DNA of 64,000 bases, from assembly GCF_031769215.1 (NCBI RefSeq), contig NW_026782096.1, forward strand, positions 1 through 64,000, written 5' to 3'. The DNA is from Ylistrum balloti. Taxonomy: Eukaryota. A program made the position numbers and the translations under genes. This document shows, piece after piece, positions 1-11,514 of this stretch (the first letter of the stretch is position 1; the number at the start of each line of letters is the position of its first letter). The notes beneath the pieces are model-generated. The model was not told the DNA's origin and did no database searches. It saw only the letters and a list, made by a program, of their open reading frames with translations.

Positions 1-38
1 ACATTGAAAAAGTGTGACAGCAAGTGTATTATAATAAA

Positions 39-464
39 GGAGGAGTGCCAATTTGGGCCTTCTGGCGGCCATGACCGATATTTTTTATTTCTTGTGTAGG
101 AATTCCTTGGGGTTAGGCGGTCATGATATGACATAAAATTAAGGTCAGATCTGAGCCATTCATTAGTTATGGGGGGGTAAAGTGGGGGGTAAAATTCATA
201 AACAGCTCCATTATGACAAACCTACATTATATTTTTGGATTTTTTCTTCTTAATTTTCATGTAATAATCCACATCAAAACATTCATTAGTAAAATTGATT
301 GAAAAAAATATTCCATTGTTGAAAAGTAGGTCATGGTAATTAAGCTCATTAATTGCTAATTATATTAAAGATGAACTTAATTTTCTGCCTTAATGCACAT
401 AAAAACAATACCTTTATCATGTGTCATGCTTTAGTAAGATTTATTTTTGAATACTTTATAGAAA
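39..464 (+). repeat. Left terminal inverted repeat
   Basis: 39-422 is the reverse complement of 3222-3614 except for 2 substitutions and a G7 vs C16 homopolymer. 423-464 matches 3180-3221 at 33/42. Confidence 0.95.
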
Positions 465-987
465 ATGGAGAATTAATTAATGGGAGGGGGCGGGTTCACA
501 CTTTTGACAACTTTTGGTTGATATCAGAGTTATCTTATGTAATTATATTAGATAATAAATATCTAATAAATAAATGTTAAATTGTACTGCATTAAGAACT
601 GTTTAAAATAAATTGCTTGATAAATGTAGAGATATTTAAACCAGTTTGGTACGACTGGTTGAGCTTTAAGCTAAAATGGCGGGATATAATGCCATCCCCT
701 GACATATACCTTGTTAAGGATCTTTGTGTCTACCGGTGAGTATACATGTGCACCTTGTCTCAGACAGTTCATATACCCTTATATATACAATTAATACGTG
801 GCAACTACACTTCACAACCTCAGCGATTTTAGTATACTTTCTTGGTTTGACTGTCACTGATATTGTACATATAATTTAGACATATAATTGTAATTCAACT
901 GTTGTTCATAATTTTGTTCATCCAAATTAAGGTTTTAATAAGGAGTGTTTTCTAAGTTTATGCCCTGTTTTCTTTTCTTTTATCAAT

Positions 988-3012
988 ATGCCAGTGCACA
1001 GGCAGTGCGCTTGTTGTAAAGCACAATATAAAGTAAGGCTCTGTTGTCTGAATAAAACAGACATTCTGTCTTACTTGAAAGCAAATATTAATGATGCCTT
1101 AAGGTTTGGTGACCCCGTATGTAAAAAATGCAGGGGAAGATACTACAATCACCATTCATCTACTGAACATCCTAGTAGCGATGTAGAGCACCAGCTTGAG
1201 TCACCTGAAAACAAAAAAATCAAACTTGACATTCCACGGGCTACATTAGGTGAATCTCGATGTTTCATTTGTAAAATGTTAAGAGAGGAATGTAAAAGTA
1301 AAATGGTAATGCTCTCAACAGAAATGAGAGTAAAGATTTTTATTAAGACAGGTATCCTTGTCCCAAACACCTGCAGATGTTGTTCTTCCCACATAGTGAA
1401 TGGTGATTTCCCATCTGATAGTCTATCTTCACTCGCATATTCCAGCAAAGACACTGAACTGGATTCTTCTGAAATATCAGAGATCCTTTTGACACTTAGG
1501 GCAGCTGCTTCAAAGAAAAGTTGTTTAGACTTTGATTCCTCAGATGGATTAACTGATCAAGATTACTACCGTCTCACAGGTCTGTATAAAAATCAATTTT
1601 CTGACCTTTTACGATCAGTTAATCCCTCTCTTTACTCTACACTGAACAGAAGCGCAAGGACTGCATTAGCCATCCTGCTTGTAAAGTTGAGGACTAGCAT
1701 GTCTTTATCAATATTAGCTTCTCTGTTCAACATGACAAAGAGAATATGTGGAAAATGTATTCATTCAGCTCGCCAAGCATTGATGACCCACTTCGTTCCT
1801 TCACACCTTGGCCTGCAACACATCACTAGAGAACAAGTAATTCAAAACCATACAACGGTATTTGCAAGGAAGATGTTTGCCTCTGGTGAAGATGTCGCTA
1901 TAGCTGTTGCTGATGGCACATATATTTATGTTGAAAAGTCCAGCAACTATACTTTCCAACGACGCTCTTTTTCGATGCACAAAGGACACCCTCTCCTGAA
2001 ACCAATGCTTCTTGTGGCCTCAGATGGCTATATACTGTCTGTCCTAGGCCCATATTTAGCAGACGGTCGAAATAATGACGCCAACATTACAAAACACATG
2101 TTGAAAACTAACACTGAGAACATCAAGGATTGGTTTCAAGATGATGATGTTCTTGTCGTTGACAGAGGCTTCAGAGATGTGACAGAACTGTTGAATGATG
2201 CTGGCATCAAAACAGAAATGCCATTTTTCTTGCCAAAGGGGCAGAAACAACACACACATACTGAGGCAAACGAATCTCGTCTTGTAACAAAGGTAAGGTG
2301 GGTTGTGGAGTCGGCAAATGGGCGGATTAAGCAGTGGAAGACCTTGGGACATGTTTTGCCCAACACTCTCATTCCAGTTGTAGGTGATTTTGTGAGAATT
2401 GTGTGTGCAATTTGTAATGCTTTTCGCCCCCCACTTGCCTCTGATTCTCCCAATGACCTCATCATTGCTGAGCGAATGTTGGCTCTGTCAAAATGTCCCA
2501 ATAAATTGCAAATTCAAGTTGAAAAAGAAGGTTTGGCTAGGAAAAGAGCCATATGGGTCAAGCTTGATGAGGCCAGTTTGCCTGACTTTCCTCAGCTGAC
2601 AGAACCGGAGTTGAGAGATCTTACCATGGGAGTATATCAGTTGAAGCAGGCAAAGTCATATACCATGGAGCACTTGTCTGAAGATGGCCAGTATGAATTA
2701 ATGGCATGCAGGGAAAAGCCTGGCTTAATTAAAGTTCAGATTCGTTCCAGACATGTTGCTTCGAAACTGTACAACCTGTGGATTGAGTATTCCCCTGGTT
2801 TGACTCCTATATCTGGTTGGTATTGCCAGTGTAAGGTTGGTGCCAGGGTAGTGGGCTGCTGTGCCCATATTGCATCTGTTCTCTGGTACCTTTCTTATGA
2901 GCGACACCAGCCTAGGATAGCACACCCAACTGCCTCATCAAGCTACCTCAGCTGTGCTGATGACGCAATGATGATTGAGGACTGGTCTGAGTCTGACAGT
3001 GACAATGAGTAA
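988..3012 (+). CDS. DDE transposase (IS5/Harbinger/ISL2EU-like catalytic core) with HTH, N-terminal Cys-rich motifs and C-terminal SWIM zinc finger, 674 aa
   Basis: Uninterrupted ORF. Catalytic motifs ADGTYIY, VVDRGF and RWVVESANGRIK. HTH-like segment LLVKLRTSMSLSILASLFNM. SWIM-type YCQC...GCCAHIASVLWYL. Several CxxC pairs at the N terminus. Confidence 0.93.
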   Translation: MPVHRQCACCKAQYKVRLCCLNKTDILSYLKANINDALRFGDPVCKKCRGRYYNHHSSTEHPSSDVEHQLESPENKKIKLDIPRATLGESRCFICKMLREECKSKMVMLSTEMRVKIFIKTGILVPNTCRCCSSHIVNGDFPSDSLSSLAYSSKDTELDSSEISEILLTLRAAASKKSCLDFDSSDGLTDQDYYRLTGLYKNQFSDLLRSVNPSLYSTLNRSARTALAILLVKLRTSMSLSILASLFNMTKRICGKCIHSARQALMTHFVPSHLGLQHITREQVIQNHTTVFARKMFASGEDVAIAVADGTYIYVEKSSNYTFQRRSFSMHKGHPLLKPMLLVASDGYILSVLGPYLADGRNNDANITKHMLKTNTENIKDWFQDDDVLVVDRGFRDVTELLNDAGIKTEMPFFLPKGQKQHTHTEANESRLVTKVRWVVESANGRIKQWKTLGHVLPNTLIPVVGDFVRIVCAICNAFRPPLASDSPNDLIIAERMLALSKCPNKLQIQVEKEGLARKRAIWVKLDEASLPDFPQLTEPELRDLTMGVYQLKQAKSYTMEHLSEDGQYELMACREKPGLIKVQIRSRHVASKLYNLWIEYSPGLTPISGWYCQCKVGARVVGCCAHIASVLWYLSYERHQPRIAHPTASSSYLSCADDAMMIEDWSESDSDNE

Positions 3013-3179
3013 CTATGTGTACGACCATTGTATGTATAGTGGAGTGAAATGCAACACTAGAGGTTAAGATTGATATCTTTCATTAGCCATTTCTGTGTTA
3101 ATACTTCGGTAAAACCACTAGATACAGACATATGGTCAAAGTTGTCGAACTAAAATTCAAAGCACCGCCTCTTCTTTGT

Positions 3180-3614
3180 TTTCTTTAAAGTATGCAAAAA
3201 TATTTCTTATTAAAACATAGTACATGATAAAGGTATTGTTTTTATGTACATTAAGGCAGAAAATTAAGTTCATCTTTAATATAATTCGCAATTAATGAGC
3301 TTAATTACCATGACCTACTTTTCAACAATGGAATATTTTTTTCAATCAATTTTACTAATGAATGTTTTGATGTGGATTATTACATGAAAATTAAGAAGAA
3401 AAAATCCAAAAATATAATGTAGGTTTGTCATAATGGAGCTGTTTATGAATTTTACCCCCCACTTTACCCCCCCCCCCCCCCCATAACTAATGAATGGCTC
3501 AGATCTGACCTTAATTTTATGTCATATCATGACCGCCTAACCCCAAGGAATTCCTACACAAGAAATAAAAAATATCGGTCATGGCCGCCAGAAGGCCCAA
3601 ATTGGCACTCCTCC
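3180..3614 (-). repeat. Right terminal inverted repeat
   Basis: Reverse complement of 39-464, compared by eye. Confidence 0.95.
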
Positions 3615-4427
3615 TTTGTGTAATAATACATTCAAAGATATTTGCCTTAATAATCAAAACCATTAAGACATTTTTATCGTCTTTGTTGAATACATTCTTA
3701 ACACATAAACTAAAGTTATATTTTATGGTTGATAAGTACCATGTACATGTATTGAAACAGAAAATAATTGAATCTCAAAATCTATGGAATTCCGCCAAAA
3801 AAAAAAAAAAAAAAAAATAGAAAGAAAGACGAAAGTTAAAATCTGTTGTCCTGGAAGATTAAGCATCCTTTATTTCTTCGAGGATATCAACCATGTAACT
3901 TTTAGTCAACCGTCACGCATTCTAACTATCATCAGACACGTGCATCTTCACATCACAAGTAAAAATAGAATTTACCATTGAGATCATTATTATGTCAGTA
4001 AACTTGGTCGAAATATCGATATAATCGGCTGATGCAGAGTGTCTGTTGGGTCCTTGATTTCTTATTCTGATAAGAATACACAATGGACTTTGAAAAAACA
4101 AAAAAAACTATGTCACAGAGATGCTTTAAACAGGAAAAATGGCGGAAGAAGATTGTTCATCCCTATCGAATGTATCATACATCAAGGACGAAATAGGTAA
4201 ATTGTTTGTTAATGGATATACAGTCCGTTCCTTGAACTATTCCACTAGGTCGTGATTTATAAGATTGATGGCATAAAAACACACTCAATATGTGTCTGAA
4301 AATATGTGTTATTACCACGTGGGGCGTTAAACCCAGCAAACTAAGGGTAATCTATAAAATAAGTAATGTTTCTAGACTTTGATACAAATATACATACTTA
4401 CATCCACTTACTTACTCCCATTATCAT

Positions 4428-4586
4428 GGACGAAACAGCTGTATTGTATAACATCACTGACGAGTCTTAAAAGGACGAAACAGCTGTATGATGTAGTATC
4501 ACTGGCGAGCCCTAGAAGGATGAAATTGCTGTATGATGAAGTATCACTGACAAGTCCTAGAAGGACGAAACAGCTGTGTGACACAG
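4428..4586 (+). repeat. 45-bp tandem array (~3.5 units) of hammerhead-ribozyme motifs
   Basis: GGA(C/T)GAAA recurs at 4428, 4473, 4518 and 4563, an exact 45-bp period. Confidence 0.95.
4451..4494 (+). ncRNA. Minimal type I hammerhead ribozyme, predicted cleavage after GUA at 4488
   Basis: acatca-CTGACGA-gtct(taaaa)ggac-GAAA-c(agct)g-TA-tgatgt. All core nucleotides are present. Stem I is 6 bp, stem II is 4 bp, and stem III is 2 bp with a palindromic loop. Confidence 0.85.
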
Positions 4587-4939
4587 TTTAATTCATTATT
4601 TGGCTCTACGGTATCTAACTCTGAATGTGAAATAAAATGTGTTATTCGCTTATAGTGTAGCATTATTAAATTGAGATCATTGTTGAGATTGTATAAAAGA
4701 CACTTGTGAATGTAATTAATTAAACTGCATCATACAGCAGTCAAACACGCGTATTCAGATAACTTTTCTCCTTCTTTATCTCTGTAAAGTAGTAATCTGG
4801 GATTGAGGGATTTTCTAATGTCAATTTAAGCCGCCATCTTGGATGTTGTCAATCATAGGCTAGATTTATCAATTGATGGTATGATAAAGGATTTCTGACT
4901 GGTAAATTTAATATCAATTTATCATGATTATCAATACAC

Positions 4940-6620
4940 ACCTTATAAAAGAAAAGGTAATTGTCGATAACTCTTTTGTCAAACATAATTTTGTTAATTT
5001 CTTTTCTCCGGTCTTTGCGAGTGTACGACAATCTGACATGTTTCGAATTATTTTATGCTCGTCAAGCACTCTCACAGATTTCGTTTGGCCAGTCACCATC
5101 TCTTTCATTATATCAAAGTTATTATCCGATTTCTTTGAGCTTTTGTTGTCGATATATTGCATACTATATGTGGTACCTGAAATATCACACGGCTTTTTTC
5201 AGATTGGTCCATCCTTCAGTCTGGAGGCGGTGTCCATATAACAAGTCCAATAATAATAATAATACAACAAATAATAAAAATTAAACACTGTGTGGTTTTG
5301 CATTTGGTAAAAAAAATATTCCACAAACGCCATACTTGTACAAAAGCATAAGTGTTACCTACAGGATATACTGCAGTTTGTACGTGTATTACATAGAAAA
5401 GGAATTCACGTGGCAATTATGCAATTGATACTGAGCATGTTTATAACCAGGTCTAGGTCCCATATTCCCATCGTCATTTCCCCTTGTTTTCTTGTGCATC
5501 GGTCTTGGCCTTCATGGCTAAACTTTTCCAACACTCTAATGCCCTTGACAAGTGGGTGACTAAAACCTCGGCAGTCATTGGATAAAGTAAATACATGATT
5601 GGCACTGACGAAGTCCTGTGATATACCCGATACATCACTCATGCCAATTATGCATCATCTATTACATGCCTAGAGAATGTTTGTAGTTCAGCGTGATACC
5701 GCCCACTTTAGGACAAGTAGCATTTCAGTCTTTGCTAGGCTTGAGCGATATTACTTGCGTTGGTTTTTGGGCGAAACGAAGGCCGCCACCTCCACTGTCA
5801 AATCACCTGGGTAGGTTCCCATTGGCCATAACCTCTTTTGAATACCACAGAGTCTACATTACAAAAGAATACGTGGGTATCCAGTCTCTCTCTATGTAGC
5901 TGTGCAACTTAAGCCTAGCTTAAGTGGTCGTATATGCTGCGACAACAGCATTGGTGCGTCCAGAGACTTCATAAAATCTTTTGTGTGTGACCTGTCCACC
6001 AATCTTTGAAGTCCAGGCTATCACCGGTCATCTTGTCAAAATAGATGGCAGGGTCAGATACATAGGTCGATTGCACCATGTTCATCCATTGACCGAATTT
6101 CCACAAGAAACCTAAGTTATTAAAAGTAAACTGATAAAATGAAATAGTTTGTACAAATAGTTGAATACACATCTATTTTTAGTTCGAGATGAGTAATATT
6201 TGTGTTGGTGTTTTATCACAACGAAAATGTATCTGTTAAGCATGAATGTGGCAAGCCTTCTAAATCCAGGGTTCTTCTTGATGTTGTCTTTGTCCAGCGG
6301 TTTTCGTAGTCCATGATGTAGTTATTTTTTGTCGTCAATTCTACACTATTTTGAGCACTCACTAGCTTGCTTTTCTTTTTCATTTTTAAGAAAGCATTAA
6401 CATAATCGGTGAACACTCAACCAGGTTTTGTTTTGGAGATTGTACTAGGCGATGCGATCGAAATGCCACATTTCGTGAACCCGAAGTATCTAAGACCTTT
6501 TCTTATGGACGTTTCATTTTTTTTGAGGTTGTTTTTTTTATTGTTTGTAGACGGAGGCTTAAAATGTAGATATCTGCCTAACATAGTTGTTCTCGTAAAA
6601 TATCAATTCTTTATGTAAGA
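4940..6620 (-). pseudogene. Fragmented protein-primed family-B DNA polymerase (Polinton/Maverick type) relic
   Basis: Minus-strand remnants in several frames: VHEMWHF, FTDYVNAFLKMK, LWKFGQWMNMVQSTYVSDPAIYFDKM, AAYTTT*ARLKLHSYIER, FCNVDSVVF (decayed YCDTDS), KVGGITLNYK, NFDIMKEMV and MFDKRVI. Multiple stops and frameshifts. Boundaries approximate. Confidence 0.85.
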
Positions 6621-9399
6621 AACATAACAACACCATTCATAATCGCTTTAGATGAAATGAATCTTTTATAATAACTTTACCTCAATTATACATTGCTTAC
6701 TTTTAGTAATATAGTTTTAAAATGAAAATATTTAATAACAGTTTAATTCTTATAAATTATGATCAATTAAGAGATAACGATGCTTGAGATAATCATAAAT
6801 CTAGCTATAAATAAATAAGAATTATTGTCTGAAATTGAGACTCTTATGTTATTCGTAACCCTGGTAAGTGTCATTCTATGTAAATGTTACTGTGTATGCT
6901 ATGTGAGTTTAGGGTAACTTTACTTTAAATGTACAACATACATAATACCAAATATGGACACAAACTATAGCTCATGTTAGTCCACTTCCTTTCATTGTTT
7001 ACAGTATTGCATCATAACTAAATAAAAAGGTAAACATCAATGCTAAATAGTATTTTATTCATGCATTTAAAAGAGGGGGAGGGGTGTTTACGTAAGTAGG
7101 AAGAAGTAAGTGTATGAAGGTTCTGGCCGATTATAGAACGTTAAACAATTACAAACACTGGTTCATGTTAAGGCACAAAAATATTAAACATATTTACAAA
7201 TTTCACCAGTTTAAAAACATGGAAATACAGATTGAATCTACTCATTCATATCTATACATATTTTTAAATTACATCTTTTACTTCATAAGTCATTGTTTAA
7301 TAAACCTCATTTTTGTATGCTTGATTGTCAAGGGGATGTATAAGGTTTTTAATAAAAAAAGGTCTTGTAGCAATGATGATCATTAATGATGAAAAATTGA
7401 TCAAATATTTCGCTTCAGTGAGTTGTTCTAAAATGTAAATTATAGACTGAAATATTTTTCGTATGTTTTTAAAAAATAGGACTGCACTTTCAAAGAAACC
7501 ATACCTATCTAATTTCTGTCCATTCATCCATTCTTAACCAATTTATTTTATTCCCGTTTCTTGAAGCACTGAATTGATCATGTTGTATTTGTTTATATTG
7601 TGACTGGTAGGGAAAGATAAGATGGGTAACAATCTGTAATTAGGATTTTTTTTACAGAAAACATTACTTTTTCAATATAATATTAGTATTTGCTGAAAAG
7701 TATGCAGGCTTCAATTGTCAGTCTTCCTTGAGCCTAAGTGCCACAAATGATCATCACGTGGTCAAGTATTTTAGAATGGGATACTTAATTAACAGTTAGA
7801 AGAAAGAGTTAGAAAAAAAAGAATGTTATATATTTGACAAGGAGTAATCAAGTCAGTTATCACCGATAAGAAAATATGAGTAGTTGATTAAAACATTAAG
7901 TTTTATAATTCAATAAAAGATAAAAAGACGTAGGTGGCCGTGATCCACCGTTTACATCAATAAGACTCCCTATCACCCAAACATGATTCAGACTAAATAA
8001 GGACAAAATCCAATCATTATAACTGGAAGAGTAGGATTTTAAATAATTTGTTCTATTTCCAATATTGGTCCCCACCCCAGGGAGCCGAGTTTCACCATTT
8101 ATACAAAATTAATTCCAAGGAGAAGGGAGTTGACAGATATCAATATTCTGAATCATCTATTAATTTTGCTGTACAATAGTTTGAGTATATGTAGTATGGA
8201 ATTGTGCTAGTCGGTGTTTGGGAGTCTTTTAAAGGCTTATAATTACTTAGACTAAAAAGGAAATTTTTCATTCCTTTATCTTATCAAAACTTCAAGATAT
8301 CACAGCAAACAAAACATTTTACGAGACATGTTAGACACAGCTTTTCACACACCCATATTCAATGCAATATCTTACTTGAGTTGAGAAATGCGGACCCAAT
8401 TTTGCCACCCTCATTAAGGTCTAGATTTTGGTCCCCTTTCAAAACATGTTATGCAACATTCTGACGGAGCTAATAAAAGGGAAATCTGCCATTCATTAAA
8501 ATGACTAATAAAGTAAAGCTAAAAATTAAATTAAATTCGAACAGATCTACCTCTTGCTGGATATTGATAATTACCAGATTTCTGAACCCTATCGCAATCG
8601 GCCTGATCGACCACCATGTTAGCAAGTTGCCGATTTTAGAAGATTATCATAACAACCAAACTGTCAAACTGTATTATTAAACGCCATGGATCGAGGCAAG
8701 ACATGATTAGTAAGTGAAATCTTTTCACAGAACAATAATTAAAGTTTCGTTGCTTGTGCTGAAAATGCATATTTCTGAGTGGTTTTTTCTCTCTCTCATA
8801 TTTCAATGGAAAAAAAATCTAGCTCCGCCCACTTGATAATGATTGGAGGATTCAATGGCAACACGCCACCTCACGGGTCTGTTGGAACTTCTACTTTGTT
8901 TGAATGGGGTATCTTTTTACATTTCCCTGGTGTGTGGATCGCTTCATTCAATGATGTAAAAAAAAAAAAAAAAGGAATTGTAAAAAAAAAAACAAACAAA
9001 ATTACAACATCATTATATATTCAAATATCTTACAATGTACACAAATAACAAACAACGAATTAATAACGGATTTATCATACATATCAGCATGAAACTTAAA
9101 GTGAAATCCTGTGAAATGTTTTAATTTACGGGTAGTTTCTCATTTATTACGTCGACAAATGATGTCGACAAATAACCCCCATATTAGACAATTGTCGATT
9201 TTAGCAGATTTTCATATAATCAAAACTTTATTATCAAAAGTTATTGATCAATTCAAGATTTTCTTACTGAATGAAATAAAACGATAGCTTTAAGTTATTG
9301 TATCATATGGCTCAGTAGTGTCTGTATTAAATCGTCGACAATTGATGTTATTAGCGAGAGGGTGAATATAATTATCAACTGCAAAAGTGATTCGATTGT

Positions 9400-10745
9400 G
9401 TATCATTGACATTAAACGACGTCGTGGCATATATAACATATTATTGATATTAAACGACATCGCGACATATATAAGATAGTCACTGACTTTAACGACATGG
9501 TGAAATACCTCGCTATATTATTTTTCATTGACATAAAACGACACCATTACATATATATCAATGACATTAAACGACGTCGTGGCATATATAACATATTATT
9601 GATATTAAACGACATCCCGTCACATATAAGATATCAGCGACATTAAAACCACATCTCGACATGTATAAGACAATATTGATGTTAACTGTCATCGCCCGAA
9701 AGTAAGTTATCATTGACATTAAAGACACCGCAAAAGAAATGATATATCACTGACTAAAAAGACATCTTGACATATATTAGATAAAACTGATATTAAACGA
9801 CATGGTTAGATATATAAGATAATACTGACATAAAACAACATCGCGACATATATAAGATATCACTGACATTAAACGACATCTAGATATATATATAAGTTAT
9901 CACTGACATTAAAAGACATCTTGACATATATTAGATAATACGTATATTAAACGACATGATGGGATATATTAGATAATACTGATATTAAACGACATGGTTA
10001 GATATATAAGATAATACTGACATAAAACAACATCTTGACATATATAAGATATCACTGACATTAAACGACATGGTGAGATATATTAGTAACATAAAACGAC
10101 ATCTTGACATATATAAGATATCACTGACATTAAACGACATCTAGATATATATAAGATATCACTGACATAAAAGACATCTTGACATATATTAGATATATAT
10201 ATTACATGATGGGATATATTAGATAATACTGATATTAAACGACATGGTTAGATATATAAGATAATACTGACATAAAACAACATCGCGACATATATAAGAT
10301 AATACTGACATTAAACGACATCTAGATATATATATAAGATATCACTGACATTAAACGACATCTAGATATATATAAGATATCACTGACATTAAACGACATC
10401 TAGATATATACATAAGATATCACTGACATTAAACGACATCTAGATATATATAAGATATCACTGACATTAAACGACATCTTGACATATATAAGATATCACT
10501 GACATTAAACGACTTCGCGACATATATAAGATGATACTGACATTAAACGACATCTTGACATATATAAGATATCACTGACGTTAAACGACATCTTGACATA
10601 TATAAGATAATACTGACATTAAACGACATCTTGAAATATATATCATTGACATTAAACGACATGGTAAGATATATTAGTAACATAAAACGACATAGCGACA
10701 TATATAAGATATCACTGACATTAAACTACATCGCGACATATATAA
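9400..10745. repeat. ~38-bp minisatellite (~35 units) starting at and running downstream of the NXPE stop codon
   Basis: Consensus gatatcactgacattaaacgacatcttgacatatataa. The array decays toward 9400. Confidence 0.95.
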
Positions 10746-11514
10746 GATAGCATTTCGTCTGTAACATCTGTCATTGTGTTGGTAGGCGGATGCGCGTCTA
10801 CATTTTCGTTTCCAACAGTACGGTCCCAGTTATCGATGTAGAAGACTTTATTGTGTATTCCCATGAACTCTTGGAACCATATGTCCTCATGTCTTCGCCG
10901 AATATAGTCAAGGGGTTCAAGACTGTCTTTGTACGTGATAGAATGTGGACCTTGTATGATAACTGTAGAATCTGGGGCTCTTCTTAGCAGACGATCAACG
11001 CCAGCACGTGCGTCCTTGACCAGGGCACGAAACACAGACAAAGTTGTCCTGGTGAGATGATAGTACAGATGTATGATGACTATTATTGGTTTATCATGAG
11101 GTGTCCTGTCCAGCCAGTTTCCAACTGACCGCATTGTGTCAAGCGGTTGATGAGGACCAACATAAAATGGTGGGTTATGAGGAGCCCACATCAAGTCTAT
11201 ATTACGTTTTATGTTCCGCGCCATTAACAGCTTGTGCCAAGGTTTTTCTTTCGTGTAATGATCCGTCAGAGTTTTTGATTTAGTCTTTGAACAGAAAATA
11301 GAATAGACTGATCGACTATTTGAATCACCCAACACTACAAATCTCTTATTATCCAAGCAGGTATCGGGCCGACTTGTGCCAAGTGTACACTTCCGGTTAA
11401 TCCATGTATTCTTAAAGTAATAGCCGACAGGTGTGATATCATTCCATGTTGCTTTAGGCATGCGCTCCTGACAAGGTCGTGGCGGTGAAGGCAAGTATTC
11501 AGGATAACCAATTC
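10721..11514 (-). CDS. NXPE: NXPE-family gene, exon 4 (PC-esterase/SGNH-like domain). Full model complement(join(10721..11514,12615..12664,13709..14455,14800..14870)), 553 aa
   Basis: Motifs VVLGDSNSR and NVDAHPP, and C-terminal LSYIC. The acceptor ttatttaaAG follows a pyrimidine tract. Exon lengths 71+747+50+794 = 1662 nt, with compatible phases at every junction. Confidence 0.92.

Larger units (their letters stand above)
39..3614 (+). mobile_element. Full-length, apparently intact Spy-type DNA transposon (PHIS supergroup, ISL2EU-related)
   Basis: Long TIRs starting GGAGGAGTGCC and ending GGCACTCCTCC. The flanks are AAA (36-38) and TTT (3615-3617) with no duplication, so the empty site reads AAATTT, the published Spy target. 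A single transposase ORF lies between the TIRs. Confidence 0.9.

Noticed and set aside
353-580. 75-aa ORF overlapping the left TIR, and antisense ORFs inside the transposase
   Set aside because: TTG start or shadow ORFs with no motifs. There is no evidence of a second Harbinger- or ISL2EU-type gene.
5603-5620. cactgacgaagtcct, resembling the first half of the hammerhead unit
   Set aside because: No downstream GGAC-GAAA. Likely chance.
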